Positions 50,161 through 63,640 of a stretch of DNA of 64,000 bases are shown here, in pieces. Made by a program: the position numbers and the translations under genes. Below the pieces are notes generated by a model, which saw nothing but the letters and a program-made list of their open reading frames with translations, was not told where the DNA came from and did not search any database. Every line of letters begins with the position of its first letter. Positions within the stretch are counted from its first letter, which is position 1. Source of the stretch: Lama guanicoe (taxonomy: Eukaryota); contig MU053304.1 in the NCBI GenBank assembly GCA_013239625.1, positions 2,356,001-2,420,000 on the forward strand. The letters are read 5' to 3'.

Positions 50161-51404
50161 AGAGAACATACCTAACAATGAAGAGAATGACAGAGTCCTT
50201 GGAGGAGGGCAGGGCTTTAGACTCTAACTCCTAGAGCCTCAGTTTCTTCATCTGAAAAATTCAGTTAAATAATAATGCCTGGTGCAAAATAAGTGTTATT
50301 AAATTCTCTTGCAAAATGAAACATATAATAGAGATGTCAAATATTATTAATGATTAAACCCATACAAAACAAAATCAAAATACTTTCTTGGTAAAAAATA
50401 GCCACAAATATGTATAGCTTGGATTTTTCTTAATAATACGATGACATACAACATCATTTATCACTTTCCAAGGAACATGCATTTTAAAATGGATCTATTA
50501 TACATGCATTCGCTAGGAATGTTTTCTAGCAATGTTTGGGTTAAAAATCTAAATCATTACATTGAAAAGTCCTTGAAGTCGGAGGTATCTTGTTAAGTTT
50601 TCAGCATGAAATGACAGCACCTTACATATAGTAGAAGTGCAGTAACTACTTTGGAGTAAATTAATATAGCAATGCTGGTCTGGAACATACTACTTATGGG
50701 GGGGTGGAAGAGAAGCAGAGAAGGAATGAGAGAGAATTTATCAGATAAAGCCAAATTATAGATAGTATTAACACGTATTTTCTGATCTGATGGAATATAT
50801 CCTCATGTCCCTGAAGTTATTTCTAAGTCTAGTAACAAAACAGCTGACAGCTAAATATATAGGAATGTTCTTTGTTCTTTGAGCCGTTGTTGGATTTAAA
50901 TTCAATTTAAATCACGGGCGCACAGGCAATCCTGAGTAATTACTAGTGAGATGAATTAATATTTCAGGTTTAATTTTTTTCATTTAAACCTTCCTCATAG
51001 AAAAGACAGGTTCTTTGTACAGCTTGGTCTTAAATGATATGCTAAAAGAGATGGCAGCTGAGATTAATGAATAAATAATAGTCTTTTTTCAAGAACTAAT
51101 CTGAGAGGACAGCATGACTGTTTTTATGTTTGGACCATGTTAAAGTCATCTTTTCTGCTAATTGAGAATTCGCTGTCTATAAATTACATGTTCAATTTTG
51201 AGGCAAAGGGACTTTCCACATTTAATTTTTAGTTCTTACTATTTTTCTTCTTAGATGTTCCAGACCATGACTATGTCAGATTTATTCTTTGGAATAAGTA
51301 AATTTTTCTTCTGGTGGTTTTGAGGATTGGATGAAGAAACTGAGAAATTATTTGTAAGTCATCTGACTTATTGCATTGTATTGAAGAAAAACGATGTCAA
51401 ATAT

Positions 51405-51750
51405 CTTTTATTTTCTAACACTTTAATTGGAGTATAATTTGTATACCATAAAATTCACCCCTTTTAAGTGTGGAAGTCAATAAATTTTACTGACTTTATA
51501 GAGTTGTGCAACCATCACTACAATCAACTTGCAAACAGATCCAGAAAGACCCCAAATCCCATTTGTAGTCAGTCCCCACCCCTACCCCCGACCCCAGGCG
51601 ATCACTAACCTATAACTAATCTAACTCTTTCTCTATGGATTTGCCTTTTCTAGACATTCTGTACAACTAAATCATACACTATGCAGTCTTTTGTGCCAGG
51701 CTTCTTTCACTCAGCATAATGTTTTCGAGGTTCATTCATTCTCTAGCGGT
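51405..51750 (-). mobile_element. L1MB-type 3' end
   Basis: 'tataccataaaattcaccccttttaagtgt...gagttgtgcaaccatcactacaatc...ggcttctttcactcagcataatgttttcgaggttcattcat'. Confidence 0.88.
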
Positions 51751-52004
51751 CTTCAGAGGTCTTTTCATGTATACTTGAGATTCTTTAAAGGTCTTTCTGT
51801 ATAGACCTCATAGCACTTATTTTATTATGCTTCACAGTTTCTATGGCAATTCAGTCTTCCTCATTGGACTGTGAAGTCGTTGGGGCAAGGACTCTATTTC
51901 ATTCCTGGCAAACGATCACAATTTAATTTGTTATGTCGTTGGCATTCTGTTGGTGCTTGTTGAATTAATGATAGGAAAGTTGACTTTTCACTTCTGCTGT
52001 TTGA

Positions 52005-52320
52005 TCCCTGTTGCGGATTGTTTCCTTGGGAAGCAGATTCGGAGATAGGATTTAGTGCACAGGATGTTTATTAAGGAGTATCCTTGGAAGGGAGGAGGAG
52101 GAAGTCAGTTTGGGTCCAGGGAGAGCTGCGCTGTGGTGAATACCCTACAGTAACCTCAGTCGATCCTGCAGGGAGCTCTGAAGCTAAAATGGCCAGTCAG
52201 AGTTGTCCCACGTTAGGCAGAAATGGTCCAGCCTTTTCCATCCCTTTTCGTTAGTCAGTCACTGGACCTGGGCCAGCATGTGAAGGGTGTGGCCTGAGCA
52301 GGATGTCCTTCCTTGCAGGG
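52005..52320 (-). mobile_element. LTR16-like ERVL LTR
   Basis: 'gggaagcagattcggagataggatttagtgcacaggatgtttatt...ctcagtcgatcctgcagggagctctgaagct'. Confidence 0.7.
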
Positions 52321-53780
52321 CACCTGCGCTGTGCAACTCTGTGTTCACTGAGTTTCTGTGATTTCTTTTTACCAAAACCTTAGTTAAGGCAATGTCATAA
52401 TCACATTCTGCTAAGTCTTCCAGATTTTCTATTTCTGTTACAAAGGATCACTGTAATACATGTTAAATTCTGCTATGCTGCTAAAATAGTATTTTGGTGT
52501 ACAACAAAATTTTTTTTTAAAGCTGCATCAAGTCCTTGTCAGAGGTGTTCTATAATTTTAGTTTAACATTAAGAACAAACAAAGCTTAAAAGACGAACAG
52601 ATTTTCTAATCACTTTAGAAATACCCTGACGTTATCGTGTTTCATCATTTTTGCTAGATAGCTCTTCCCCTGTCAACATATGTGGGAGAAGCTGCTTTAG
52701 ATTATTGAAACTCTTGGATGAATAATTTATCAAATTGTCATCAGCTGTTTATTTTTTCCCCTAACAATAGATTTTAATGGATCAGTCAACTTTTATTTTT
52801 CAAATTTTTTGTTTGCCAAAAAAATATTCATGAGCTTTTCTCACCCCTTTTCTGTAATATCAAATTTGGCAGTGATCTTTTTTCAGTCTCCTTAAGTACA
52901 GTATCAGAGCTGAGAGAATTTTTGGTCAATAGTTAATGTTTTATTTAAAAAAAAATAAAACTTCCATTTGCTGGCAGCCTACTGACCTTTTGGCTTCAAA
53001 CGTGTCTTCCCTTTCAGCATTCAGCACTGTTAGCCGTAAAGTCCTTTGTAAGCCAGGAACGGTTGGGCCCCTTTGTTTGGATTCACATCGTGCGTCATCC
53101 GGGGATTACTGGTGGATCTCTTGTTGCCCCTGATGTTCTTATTCAAAGGACTAATAGTAATGACAGAGTGCTTTCCACACTCTGGTTCTTTACCAGGTAT
53201 TTTCCAGGAGGTGTAGCTGACTAACAAAGGAGCTTTTGTTCTCTTTGATGCCATCTCAATGACCATGTTGGTCTTTTTCTGTTTATTCCAAAGACCCCAT
53301 AAATTCTACCAACTTGAGGAGCTAGTGTGTATAGAAAGTTTCCTGTGCATTATCTTATATTAATTTTGACACCAGCGTTGTAGAGACGAGAACTTCATTT
53401 AATCTTTCGATAAGGGAATCTTGAGGTCCACAGAGAGGTCAAGTGATTTGTCCAGGGTCCTATAAAAGGAAACAGCCAACCTGATACACCAAAGCTGAGG
53501 CTAGCTCCCCAGTTATCGTGTTAGCAGCACTGGAGTTGAGCCAGTCAAGTTCCATTTAAGAAAGCTGTAAGTCATGTACTTGCTGCAAGCACAGTGCGGG
53601 CAGAAGAAATAGCAGCGGTCAATCCATTGACTGACTTTGTTATTGTGTTTTAAAGGGTTGTAAGAATTACAGAAACAAATATAAATAAGGGTATTTTGTT
53701 ACTTAACTCAACCCTGAATTCCCATAAGATCAACTATCTTGTAAAATGCTACGATAGGGAGTTATACTTATATTGGACAG

Positions 53781-54029
53781 ATTGAATACATAGCCCTCTT
53801 TCCCCCTGAAAAGTCCACTACAATGAGAAAAAAAGAACCAAAGGTATTAGCCCCACTGGTTGGAAAGACTGGGGCAATACCCAGGTCTGCCGTTTGCTTT
53901 GCAAGTTCTGTTATGTCTGCTGGGTCATACGGTGCCAGTGGCCGGCAGCTTGCACAAACCTGTGGGCCCGTCATCCGCCTTAGCTTCCTCTGGGCCCCGC
54001 TCAAACATTCTAGCCTCACGGAGTCCTTG
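53781..54029 (+). other. Candidate 249-nt exon, open in phase 0-0, product unknown
   Basis: cag|att...ttg|gtaagt; 83 open codons (IEYIALFPPEK...SLTESL); weak pyrimidine tract; no homology recognised. Confidence 0.25.
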
Positions 54030-54293
54030 GTAAGTGATTTGCTTCATACTCAGTATATACGAGTGTATGTTGCTTCCAGAATCCAAACAGTCCTGCAGAC
54101 ACTGTGCTTCATTCTTAGTGGAAGAAGATGCTAGATGCAAAAACTTGGCATCTGGTATCTAACTTTAGGATAGATCTCAACTTGCCTCAGACCTGTCAAG
54201 CCTGAGAAATTTCACTGAGGTGGCAGGCTGCTTAAATTCTGTTGGATTTGTCATCTACTCTCTGGTATGCATATGTTTTGCCAGGACATTTTT

Positions 54294-54701
54294 TTTTCTT
54301 TTTAAATTAAAGTATAGTTGATTTACAGTTAGTTTCTGGTGTACAGCATAGTGATTCAGTTAAACATATATATATTCTTTTTCATATTCTTTTTCATTGT
54401 AGGTTATTACAGGGTATTGAATATAGTCCCCTGTGCTCTACAGCAGGACCTTGTTTATCTATTTTATATACAGTGGTTAGTATCTGCTATTCCCAAACTC
54501 CCAACGTATCCCCACCCCATTTCCCCCTTTGGTCACCATGAGTTTGTTTTCTCTGTCTGTGAGTCTCTTTCTGTTTTGTAAATAAGTTCGTTTGTGTCCT
54601 TTTTTAAGATTCCACATATAAGTGATCTTATATATTTGTCTTTCTCTGACCTACTTCACTTAGTTTGATAATCTCTTGGTCCATCCATATTGCTGCAAAT
54701 A
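54294..54701 (-). mobile_element. 5'-truncated artiodactyl-type L1 3' UTR with TSD
   Basis: 'ttgttttctctgtctgtgagtctctttctgttttgtaaataagttc'; TSD tgccaggacattttt (54279) / tgccaagatattttt (54702). Confidence 0.9.
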
Positions 54702-54779
54702 TGCCAAGATATTTTTACTTCTTCTTTGGCACATTCAATCAGCATGCTATCATCAATATGAGGAATTAGCATAATCTCT

Positions 54780-56640
54780 CGTGCAATGCAAGATGATAAG
54801 GTTGTCTCTGGACTGGATTATAACAGATTATAGATTTGATGTATCCCCGGAGCAGTACAGTGAAAGGGTGCTACTGTCTTCGTCAGGTGAAGGCACACCA
54901 GTTCTAGTAGTGTGTATTTATATAGAGTAAAGGAGAAAAGCACTCATTAGACCACTAGCTGCATGCTTGGTAACAGAGACAGGGTTGATTTGATCCAGAG
55001 AAGAAACGACATCCAGAGCATCATATTCAGTTTAAGTTGCCATCTGGTTGAATTTGCAATAATCCATTTCATTCCTCAAGAGCCATCTCCCTTACACGTA
55101 GGCTAACCAGGATGATTGAACGGGGATGTGGTTGGGTTCACTGCACTCTTCCAGAAAGGCAGTATGGATTTTGATTTACTATTTTGACAGGCAGAGGCAG
55201 TTCTAGAGGCCTCCGCTTGGCTTTTCCTACAACAATAACCCTCACTTTGTACGTCAGGAAAACAATATGGGGATTCTGCCAGTTGCTGGGTATGTCTCTT
55301 CCAACAATGCATTCCAGGACTTGAAAGAAAAATAACCATACAGTGAGTTTAGAAACCCAAGAGACCCATTGTGAGCTGGATCAAAGGTAAACTTCATTAA
55401 TCACCTGGATTTCATAAGCCCTTACTCTGGACCCTAATGGACCATGATCTTATTGGACTTTAATCTTATCTGAGTCTCTAGGAATTAGCATCTGTTAAAC
55501 CTAGTAATTAAGTGTAGTCTAGTCAGTTAAGTCAGTGTCTAGTAATCCCCCCCCGTTTCTGGGTATTTTCCTTTATTCAATTTACTGTCCTAGTAAGTTA
55601 TTCCAGGTCCCACTGGAGAAGGCTAAGAAGAACATATACGTTGCAAAGCTTTGGCCTTATATCAGGAGATTTCTTTAAGGGAGGCCAGGCTTCCATTCAG
55701 CAGACTCAGAGTCAGTGAACTGGATCACATCTAGAAATTGGCCAAGGCATCCTGATTCTTTTGTGGTGATTCAAGTCAGATTTCCGTTCACAAGACTCAA
55801 AGTTCATCATTTGTAGCCGTCAAGTAAGACTTTAGTAGGTTGCCCATGTAGTTCTGTCTGAGGGACACCACTAATAATTTGCAGGTCAGACCATTCTGAT
55901 TACTGCTGAAGTCCTGCTACCCATTAGTGGGACCATGCCCATCTCTACAGGTTAAGCCCTCAGCCCCCCTCCCCCGCCACCTGGCTCCTGCCATTCTGGA
56001 ATTCCATGAGATCCCCAAACTTCATTTTTATAGCAAAATCTCACACTCTTAATTTTAGCTAGAAAACTTTTCATGGATTCTGCTGTTCTCCTCACAAAGA
56101 TATTTCTCAAAACTCTGGTGAAGGGGGATAACTTCTGAAATATCCTGGGTCCACGGTTAAAGTTTAAATAAGTAGGCAATAATAATATTATTACTCCAAT
56201 ATTCTCATTTGCCTGAACTTTCAGATAGCTTCCCAAAGCCTTAGATGCTTTCTTCTAAACTGAATATACCAAGGAATTTCTGGCATTGCAACTTCATTTA
56301 GCATAGGTAACGACTGTCTCCCAGAAAACTGTTAGAGCCACTTCCTGCCACTCGAACTGTCTTACTGAATCTAGACTGTCTGGATTGTGTACCATATCAA
56401 CAAAGTCAGACCAATCCAATATTTTCATTTTTTTCCAACACAGTGTATGAGCTTTAGGATCCATTCTCATATGCATTATTCAGCTTTCATCCGAAATCAA
56501 TTATAAAAAATTTTACATTGTTTTCATATTTATGAGACATCCAGCGAGCTCATACATGATTCCTGTCCTGTTGGAGCTTGCTGGGGTTTGAGCCGGGTTT
56601 ACGCCTTGAAGCAATGAGTGGTGGTGAGGGTGAGTCTTGA
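54780..56640 (-). mobile_element. Second ERVL internal relic (gag-pro-RT)
   Basis: The minus strand gives VNPTTSPFNHPG*P..KGDGS*, DYCKFNQM, ALDVVSSLDQIN, FTVLLRGY (ERVL RT; compare FTVLPQGY) and gag-like KILDWSDFVDM at ~56400. Confidence 0.8.
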
Positions 56641-57384
56641 GGAGGTTTGTTGTTCTCCTTCCACGTCAGCTACATCAGGACAGTTTAATACAAGTTTTTA
56701 AGACAGTTAGAGGGGCAGACGGGCAAGGGGGAGCTAATGGTCTCAGATAAGAAAGGAACGGCTGCTCCTCCCATCAAGGAAGGCGTGGTGCATTTGGGCA
56801 TTCAAGGTATAGCTTCATGTATCTCTTCTTACTTTATGTATATCTCACTTTAATTTTCAGAATCTCATTCCTTTATAACCAAAGCCCTAATCGCAACATG
56901 AAAGGCTCCAGGAGATTCTGAATTTAATTTGCCCACCAGTAGAATCACTTTTTTTTTTTTTTTTTTTTTACAGAAGATAACGTGTTCAGGAAACTTATAG
57001 AAGAACTCTGGTTCTTTCCCTGAACCACGGCCTGGAAATTTTCAGTCCCGAGCTCATCCTTTTTCTTATTCTCCATTCACCAGCTCACTCGGATTCCATC
57101 AGTCAACCTCACAGTTTTACAGTCTAATTACTACTAGAGTATGCTATTAAGTTAGTTATTTTATCTTTCAAAGATGTACCTTCTAATAGGCTTTTCATTT
57201 TGGTGACTAGAGGTGATAGTTTAACAGTCATTTTGCCTCTGTGGGTCATAGGATTTCCCATTTGCTACAGGACATGGGTCACTGATATTTTTATTATTGA
57301 ATCTAATCGTATCTGAAACCCACACTCAAGATTCTCATCCTTAAGACTCTGTTTCTCTAGAGTCAACTCTATTAGCAACAACCG

Positions 57385-57810
57385 TATCAGTCAGGGTTTG
57401 GTCAAGGAAACAGAATCCTATTTCTGAAATCTGGACATTAAATGTTTCCATAGAATCAGGTTGTGGTACTGAGGGAAGAGATCGATGGGGTGGGAGAGAG
57501 CAGTCCTTAGTAAAACGGCCACTGAAATTCAGGGAGCAGTTGCAGAAAGCTGGGGAATGTGGCAGTTAGGCTCTGTCTGGAACAGTAGAGTGACACCTGA
57601 CACCTTTCATAAACATGTCAGGAAGCCACTGTAAAGCTCATGTCCTTACACACACTATCTATTCCACCTTCCCAGAAGAATCGATTCTGGTACATTTCTG
57701 ATTTCCAAATCTCGAGCTCAAACCTGGACCACACAGGATAGGTGACTTTGGAGAACATAGTTCTTGACCTTAAAAGACAATGGTAGTGTGAGTGGACAAC
57801 AGAAAATACC
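57385..57810 (-). mobile_element. Old ERVL-class LTR
   Basis: Starts 'gtatcagtcagggtttggtcaaggaaacagaa'; lies at the upstream end of the minus-strand ERVL relic. Confidence 0.45.
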
Positions 57811-59643
57811 GTGTAATGTCTGAAACTGAAAAATAAAAGGAATGTTAGGAATATGAATATGTTATTTGAACCAGAGAGCTAGATGCTGTGTATGATTTCC
57901 TTAATAGAGTGCATAATGAGAGTAGACTGGCATCCGATGACAAGATACTATTCATCTTATAAGCCTAGTAATACCATTTAGTTTAAAAAGTGTTTTTTAA
58001 ATGTGTAAATATTCTAATTTAAAAAGAAATCCAGGACAACAGTGTTAAGGGAGTATCCTTTTTCAGGCGAGTTAGTTTTTATTGTGCAGATGAAAACATC
58101 CATAAAATAATTTTATGACTCTTTGGAAAGAAATGGAGCATTCTGGTTGGTTGCACTGCTATATTTGCTCAAGCTTGTCATTCTCAGACCTGGAGGAGAC
58201 ATAATATCCTCGAGTGGACCACATTATGACCTTGGGACACATTGCATTTAAAGGGCATTAGTTTCTTTTGGTGAAGCCATGCCCAGAGCAGACAGCTCTC
58301 GGGGGTAAAAGGTCGTGTCAGTTTTACCTGGAGCATAATTGTGACTGGCTATTCACAGTTACAGAGAAGAGAAGGGTGATTTCTGCTTTCCATGGCAAAT
58401 TCTGGATCTGGTTGAACTGGCAGTTCCAGCAGGATCTACATGATTTAGATGGAGATTAAGCGCTAAATGCAACTGTCAGCTTGAGGTTTTGTTGCGAATC
58501 AGAGCAGGGAGAACTTGGCTTTGTATGTAGAGGATATAGAAAGAACTGTCTGTGAACTTATTTTAGATCCTTAAATGATAATTGTCAAAGCTGGGAAAAT
58601 CTTTTGCTTAAACATTCTTTTGGAAGAAGAGACGTTTGGAATGGAATTTATTGTTTTATTGTTGTTGAATGTTTGTTTCTATATATTAACTGAAAACAGT
58701 ACAGCCCAGAAATTAGAAGTCTTCTGGAGAAGCAGAATTGCATAATGTATTAAACATGTGTCTTTTGGAAGTAAATTCTTCCAGTTCAGGTCCTTATTCT
58801 GCCTTTTGCTAGCTGAATCCTGAATTGTTCCATTTAAGCATTGGTTTCTCTTGCTTAAAAAGAAGTTAATAGTCCACCCTCATAGTTTAGGAGGATTCGA
58901 AGAACTGATAATACATGTAAATTGCTTAACAAAGTTTCTAGTACATAAAAGATTAGCTAGCATTATTATGAATGGGTGTAGACTGTTTTTTTCAAAAATA
59001 TGTCACACAAAGACACATTTATACACTATGACGGAGTAGGTATGTGTGTACAGATGAGAACTTAAGAAATTTCAAGCAATGACATGACACTATTCAGAGT
59101 CTTACCTTTTGGTGTTCTTTGAGGGTACACAATTAGGAACATTGCACAGTTGTTGAAAGGAATAAATAATATTATCTAAATAAAGTCTCTTTAGTTCTGC
59201 AGAGACTCTTACACATGTAAACAGATCTTTCAGAGTTACAGTTGACAGTCAGAATCAGAGCAATAGTAGCATTCTACTCTCTTCAATGGAACACATATTG
59301 AGGAGAGTGATGAATAATGCTACAGTCTTTTCCTTGGAGCCTAGGAGAGCTGCATGGGGCAAAGGTTTCAGCATCTTTGTGTCCCAGGGCACTGATAGAA
59401 GAAGGCCATCCTCATAGAATGTTCAAACAAGTGTTACTTACTATTATCCTTACTAATTATAGGACAAAACAAAACAAGGGCAGAAATAAATATCAGAGTT
59501 CTCTTAACTGAAGTTTTTTGTTTTACTGATAAGCATATGAGACTTGCTCAAGGTCACAAAAGTGTTATTATCTGAATCTACCGTGGAAAGAAGGACTTCC
59601 TGTTTCCAGTTCTTCCCTCTACTGCATGTTGATGGTACCCTGC

Positions 59644-60005
59644 TGTATCCATTGGTTATGGATACCATAAGACACTATCACAGAGTGGGTGGCATAAACA
59701 ACAGAATTTTTTCCTCACAGTTCAGGTGCCTGGAAGTCCAAGATCAAGGTGATGGCAGGGTTGGGTTTCTCCAGCAACTTCTCTTTTTTCCTTGTAAATG
59801 GCTGTCTTCTGGGTCCTTTCACGGTCTTTCCTTAGGGCATACACATCCATGATATCTCTTCCTCTTCCTATAAAGCTTGATTAGGGCCCACCCTGATGAC
59901 CTAATTTAATCTTAATCACCTCCTGAAAGACCCAAATGCAGTCACATTGAGGGCTAAGGCTTTAACATATAAATTTGTGGGAAGACACATTTCGGTCCAT
60001 AATGC
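59644..60005 (-). mobile_element. MaLR solo LTR (MLT1B/C-like)
   Basis: 'gggtggcataaacaacagaattttttcctcacagttc...gaagtccaagatcaaggtgatggcagggttgg...gattagggcccaccctgatgacc'. Confidence 0.88.
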
Positions 60006-60560
60006 CTACCCATGGAAAAACTGCTTTCGTAATATTGCTCTAACATTCTTCTTTTAAGGTGAAATCTTTGCTGGGTACTGGATACGTCTGTGTCCAGATC
60101 TAGGTTTAGGCACACGTATGTGAAACCCAGTCATTGCATCTTGGCACCCAGCAGTCAGGGACCGGGCCAATCTGCCAAACAGAATAAAATAAAAATCGTA
60201 TTTTCAGAACAATTCAAAATGTTAGCTCAATTGTAAATTATCAACAACTTTGTTATATTCAAGTGAGGAGGAAATGCATTTCAGGTTAAATGGAATAAGT
60301 TGGTAATTGTATTTCTTATCACGGTGTTATTTTGAAACTAGTTTAATAGCAGTGAAAACATGCTTCTACATAAATGTTTCTGCATTCCTAAAGTTTGATT
60401 TTCCAAGGAAGAGTCTTTATCAGAAAAGAAGAAAAATCTGGATGGGGAACATGATCTTCATGCTTCAAGGAAATATAGCTGTTGGTGGAGATAGAAATTA
60501 CAGAGATAGAGGTGGAGATAGGGTAAGGGTGGAGGTAGGGATAGAAATATTTTCGTGTAG

Positions 60561-60725
60561 GGTTACAGATCTTGTTGTACAACAAAACATTTTATTCTTA
60601 CGCATGAACCTGTATGAAGGCAAGTCCATCTCTTTTTGAAAACTTACGTCTGCCATGTCAGACAAGCTACTTACAGAGCCTACTGAGGGCACAGAAATTG
60701 CAGACTCACTCAAAAAGAAATACAC
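60561..60725 (+). other. Candidate exon containing gccATG and a donor site
   Basis: tag|ggtt at 60560; gccATG at 60655 open to cac|gtaagt at 60726 (MSDKLLTEPTEGTEIADSLKKKY); protein not recognised. Confidence 0.25.
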
Positions 60726-63317
60726 GTAAGTGATTTAACTGCTGAGAACCCCTTTTTCTGCCTGAAAGAACACAGTAATTATTTCACATAAATAGAATTA
60801 TTTTATGTAATAGTTGAAATGCAGTATTTGGGTGACTTGATGAGAGCTGATATTTGGAGCAGATGTGCCCAGGAACCAGACTGGGTCTCTGGTCTCCCAA
60901 GATCGGCAGAACGCTTTCTGCTACAAATCTTGGCTCCATTTTACAGAACAGGAAATTGAAACCCAGAGAGATGAGTGGTTTTTTTTAAAAAAATCCAACT
61001 AATGAGGAAGAGGTAGAGATGGAATTAGAAGCCAGGGAGCTTCATTCTCACTGAATGAGATAGAATACAGACTGCTCAATGTTCAGCACTGCTACTTTTG
61101 TTAGCTACTAGGGAACAAACAACAAGATGTATTGTAATAAATTAAACATTACTTGGACTTAGCACATTCACACCCCTAGCAGGCTTGTGGCCATCCTTTG
61201 GAGAGTAAGAATGTCTAAGGGCAACCCCAGAGGTTTACAACCAGTAGGGAGAGCTTAGTGAACCAGCATGGCTCTGGTGAAGACCACACCAAAATGTTTG
61301 GTCTGGGGGTCAGTTGTCTCGGGGATAGGAGCTGTAAAGGCAGCTATGTACCTGAGGTAGCCAGCAAGCTAGTAGTTAGTTAAGAGAGAGCACACTTGAC
61401 CATGGTTCATAAAAGGGATCTTCATATGGGTTAGAGTTTGGCCCAAATTAAGCTATAAGTTACCACTTATCTGTCACACAATCTAAATCCATCCCACTGA
61501 AAAATAAGTTTCTGAGAAGGTAATTCTGAATCTGGAAATTGTCTTTGTTTGGCTATGTTAGAAACACTGGACATTTTCTCATACAGAGTTGCCAGATGGG
61601 ATAGAGGTTCACTTCTCTCCTTTTTCATCACATGTCACTAAAATACAAAAACAAAACCAAATTCTTCGTGTCTTTCCCGGAAATATGGTATGATTTAGTG
61701 TCACTGATGCTGAATTTTATGTCATAGAAGACAGATCTTTATTGCCTAGGTGAACAATGTGAGGAAAGAAAGAACAATTGGGAATCTGTGAGCACCTAAC
61801 ATCTTTACCCTTGGGTTTAATATTCTAGAGTAAGCATTACTCAGAAATGAAGTTTTTCACAAAGAACTGTAACTGTTTTTTTTTTTTAATTATGTTTTCT
61901 TTTCTCTGAGCTGCATAAGACATGCTGGCTGGTAATGAGATTGTCACAAGACAGTTTAGTGCTTGGATGGAAAGAGTTCTAGATCAACTGTAGATGGGGA
62001 AAAGGAAGCATCCGTGCAGTGACTGGTCAGCTGAACTTGGATGTAATTTCACTTACCCTGCTATTTGTGCTTCTGCCCAAGCCATGCAGTGTTTAAATGC
62101 TAATGTGATGTCAGCATTTTCTTTACTATTTAGACAAAAGAAAACCTAATGAGATATTTCTAAGCTGTACATGAGTTTCATAGCAATCTTTGGCTTGGAA
62201 TTAAATTAGGATAAAGAACTCCTCAAAATAACTCTGAAGTCTCAACTAACCCACAGCAACAGGTTTTACCATAAGACAGACATTTCTATTGGGAATACTG
62301 ATTTGATTAAGTGTTCACAATAGAGAATTTTATTTAGCAGTGCCATCTGCAGCCATAATTAGTTTGAACTTGTGAAAATGAAGAGTTTAACAGGAGATAT
62401 GACATTAATTTCTGAGAAAGGAGAATTTCCTTACTTTGCATGGATGAAAGCACAGAAATATAATGAAAATGCATTCGCAGAGATGCTACAGGAACTCATT
62501 AGGAGCTTTTAAAGGTCAAAAACCTTTAAAAAAAAAGAGAGAAAACTGGAAAATGACTCTGGACTTGAAGTTGAGTTAGTAGGAAGCTGACTTAGCACTT
62601 CTTATTACAAGCACAGCTTCTTTTTTGATTGGAGCCACAGTGGATTACTTTCATAAAACCCAGAAACTAGGGTTCCTTGAAAAATATAGAGGTGCTAACC
62701 AAATATCTACACCTCCTTGGGCACTTAGACCCCCAAGATGCAGACACCTGAGCAGTGCTTCAGAGAAATGTCTGATGGAGACCAGCAGGCTTTCCAGGTC
62801 TTCTTGATTTTTAATGTTCATCCCTATTCCTTGGGAATCTTGGGAAAATGCAGATACTGACCGGTCTGGGATGAGGTGAGATGGAAGCCTGCTTTTCTAA
62901 AAGGTGATGCTGGTCCCCACTTTGGGTAACAACCTAGACCATTGGAAATAGGAAAACTGGGAGGCTGGTTCATCCACAGCCACTCTTTCCCAGCTCTCCC
63001 CCAATCCCAAGGTAGTCAGGGAAAGGACACTTTTCTCTTCTACCAACTTCTTACTCTCTGTGTGCCCTTCCTGCCCCTCATTTGATGTTTATGCCATTTT
63101 GAGGTTCCCTGGAAACCCTGGGGATGGAAGGGATAAGAAAGTATGGTTTGCTCAAGGTTTAAAAGAATCCTCCCTAGGAATACTCACAACTCATTTCTTA
63201 TCTTTCATGTGTGTCTGGGGACATACATTTTTGTTCTTGGCTTTAATCCCAAATACCAGAATTCTCCAATTCTCTTGACCACTCCTGGCAGAAAGAAATT
63301 CTTGCTCTTCTTTTAAT

Positions 63318-63374
63318 ATGAACACTACATTTAATATGAATACATACACTGTATGTATTAAATGTAGTGTTCAT
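63318..63374. repeat. Near-perfect hairpin/palindrome (25-bp stem, one 6-nt bulge, 1-nt loop)
   Basis: atgaacactacatttaat[atgaat]acataca-c-tgtatgtattaaatgtagtgttcat. Confidence 0.92.
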
Positions 63375-63499
63375 CCTTAAGATAAATAATTACTTTAAAA
63401 CAGACATACTTTCTTTTTTTTTTTAAATAATGGCTGAACTTATTATCTGAGATCCTTATGTACGAAATAAACAGAGTATCTAACTGACTTCCTACTGGA

Positions 63500-63640
63500 T
63501 TGGAATTCAGAAGATCTGACTTTTGCTCAGTCTATCACTTATTCTGTGACATTTAACTTTTCTTGGTCTCTGTGTCCCTATTTTACAATGCAGAAGCTTG
63601 ATGAGATGATTACTCAGATGTCTTTTGAAGCTACAATTCT
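63500..63640 (+). mobile_element. MIR3/MIR fragment
   Basis: 'ggaattcagaagatctgac...tctgtgtccctattttacaatgcagaagcttgatgagatgattactcagatgtc...ctacaattcta'. Confidence 0.6.

Noticed and set aside
50893..50913. 10-bp-arm palindrome gatttaaatt-c-aatttaaatc
   Set aside because: Short and AT-rich; plausible by chance.
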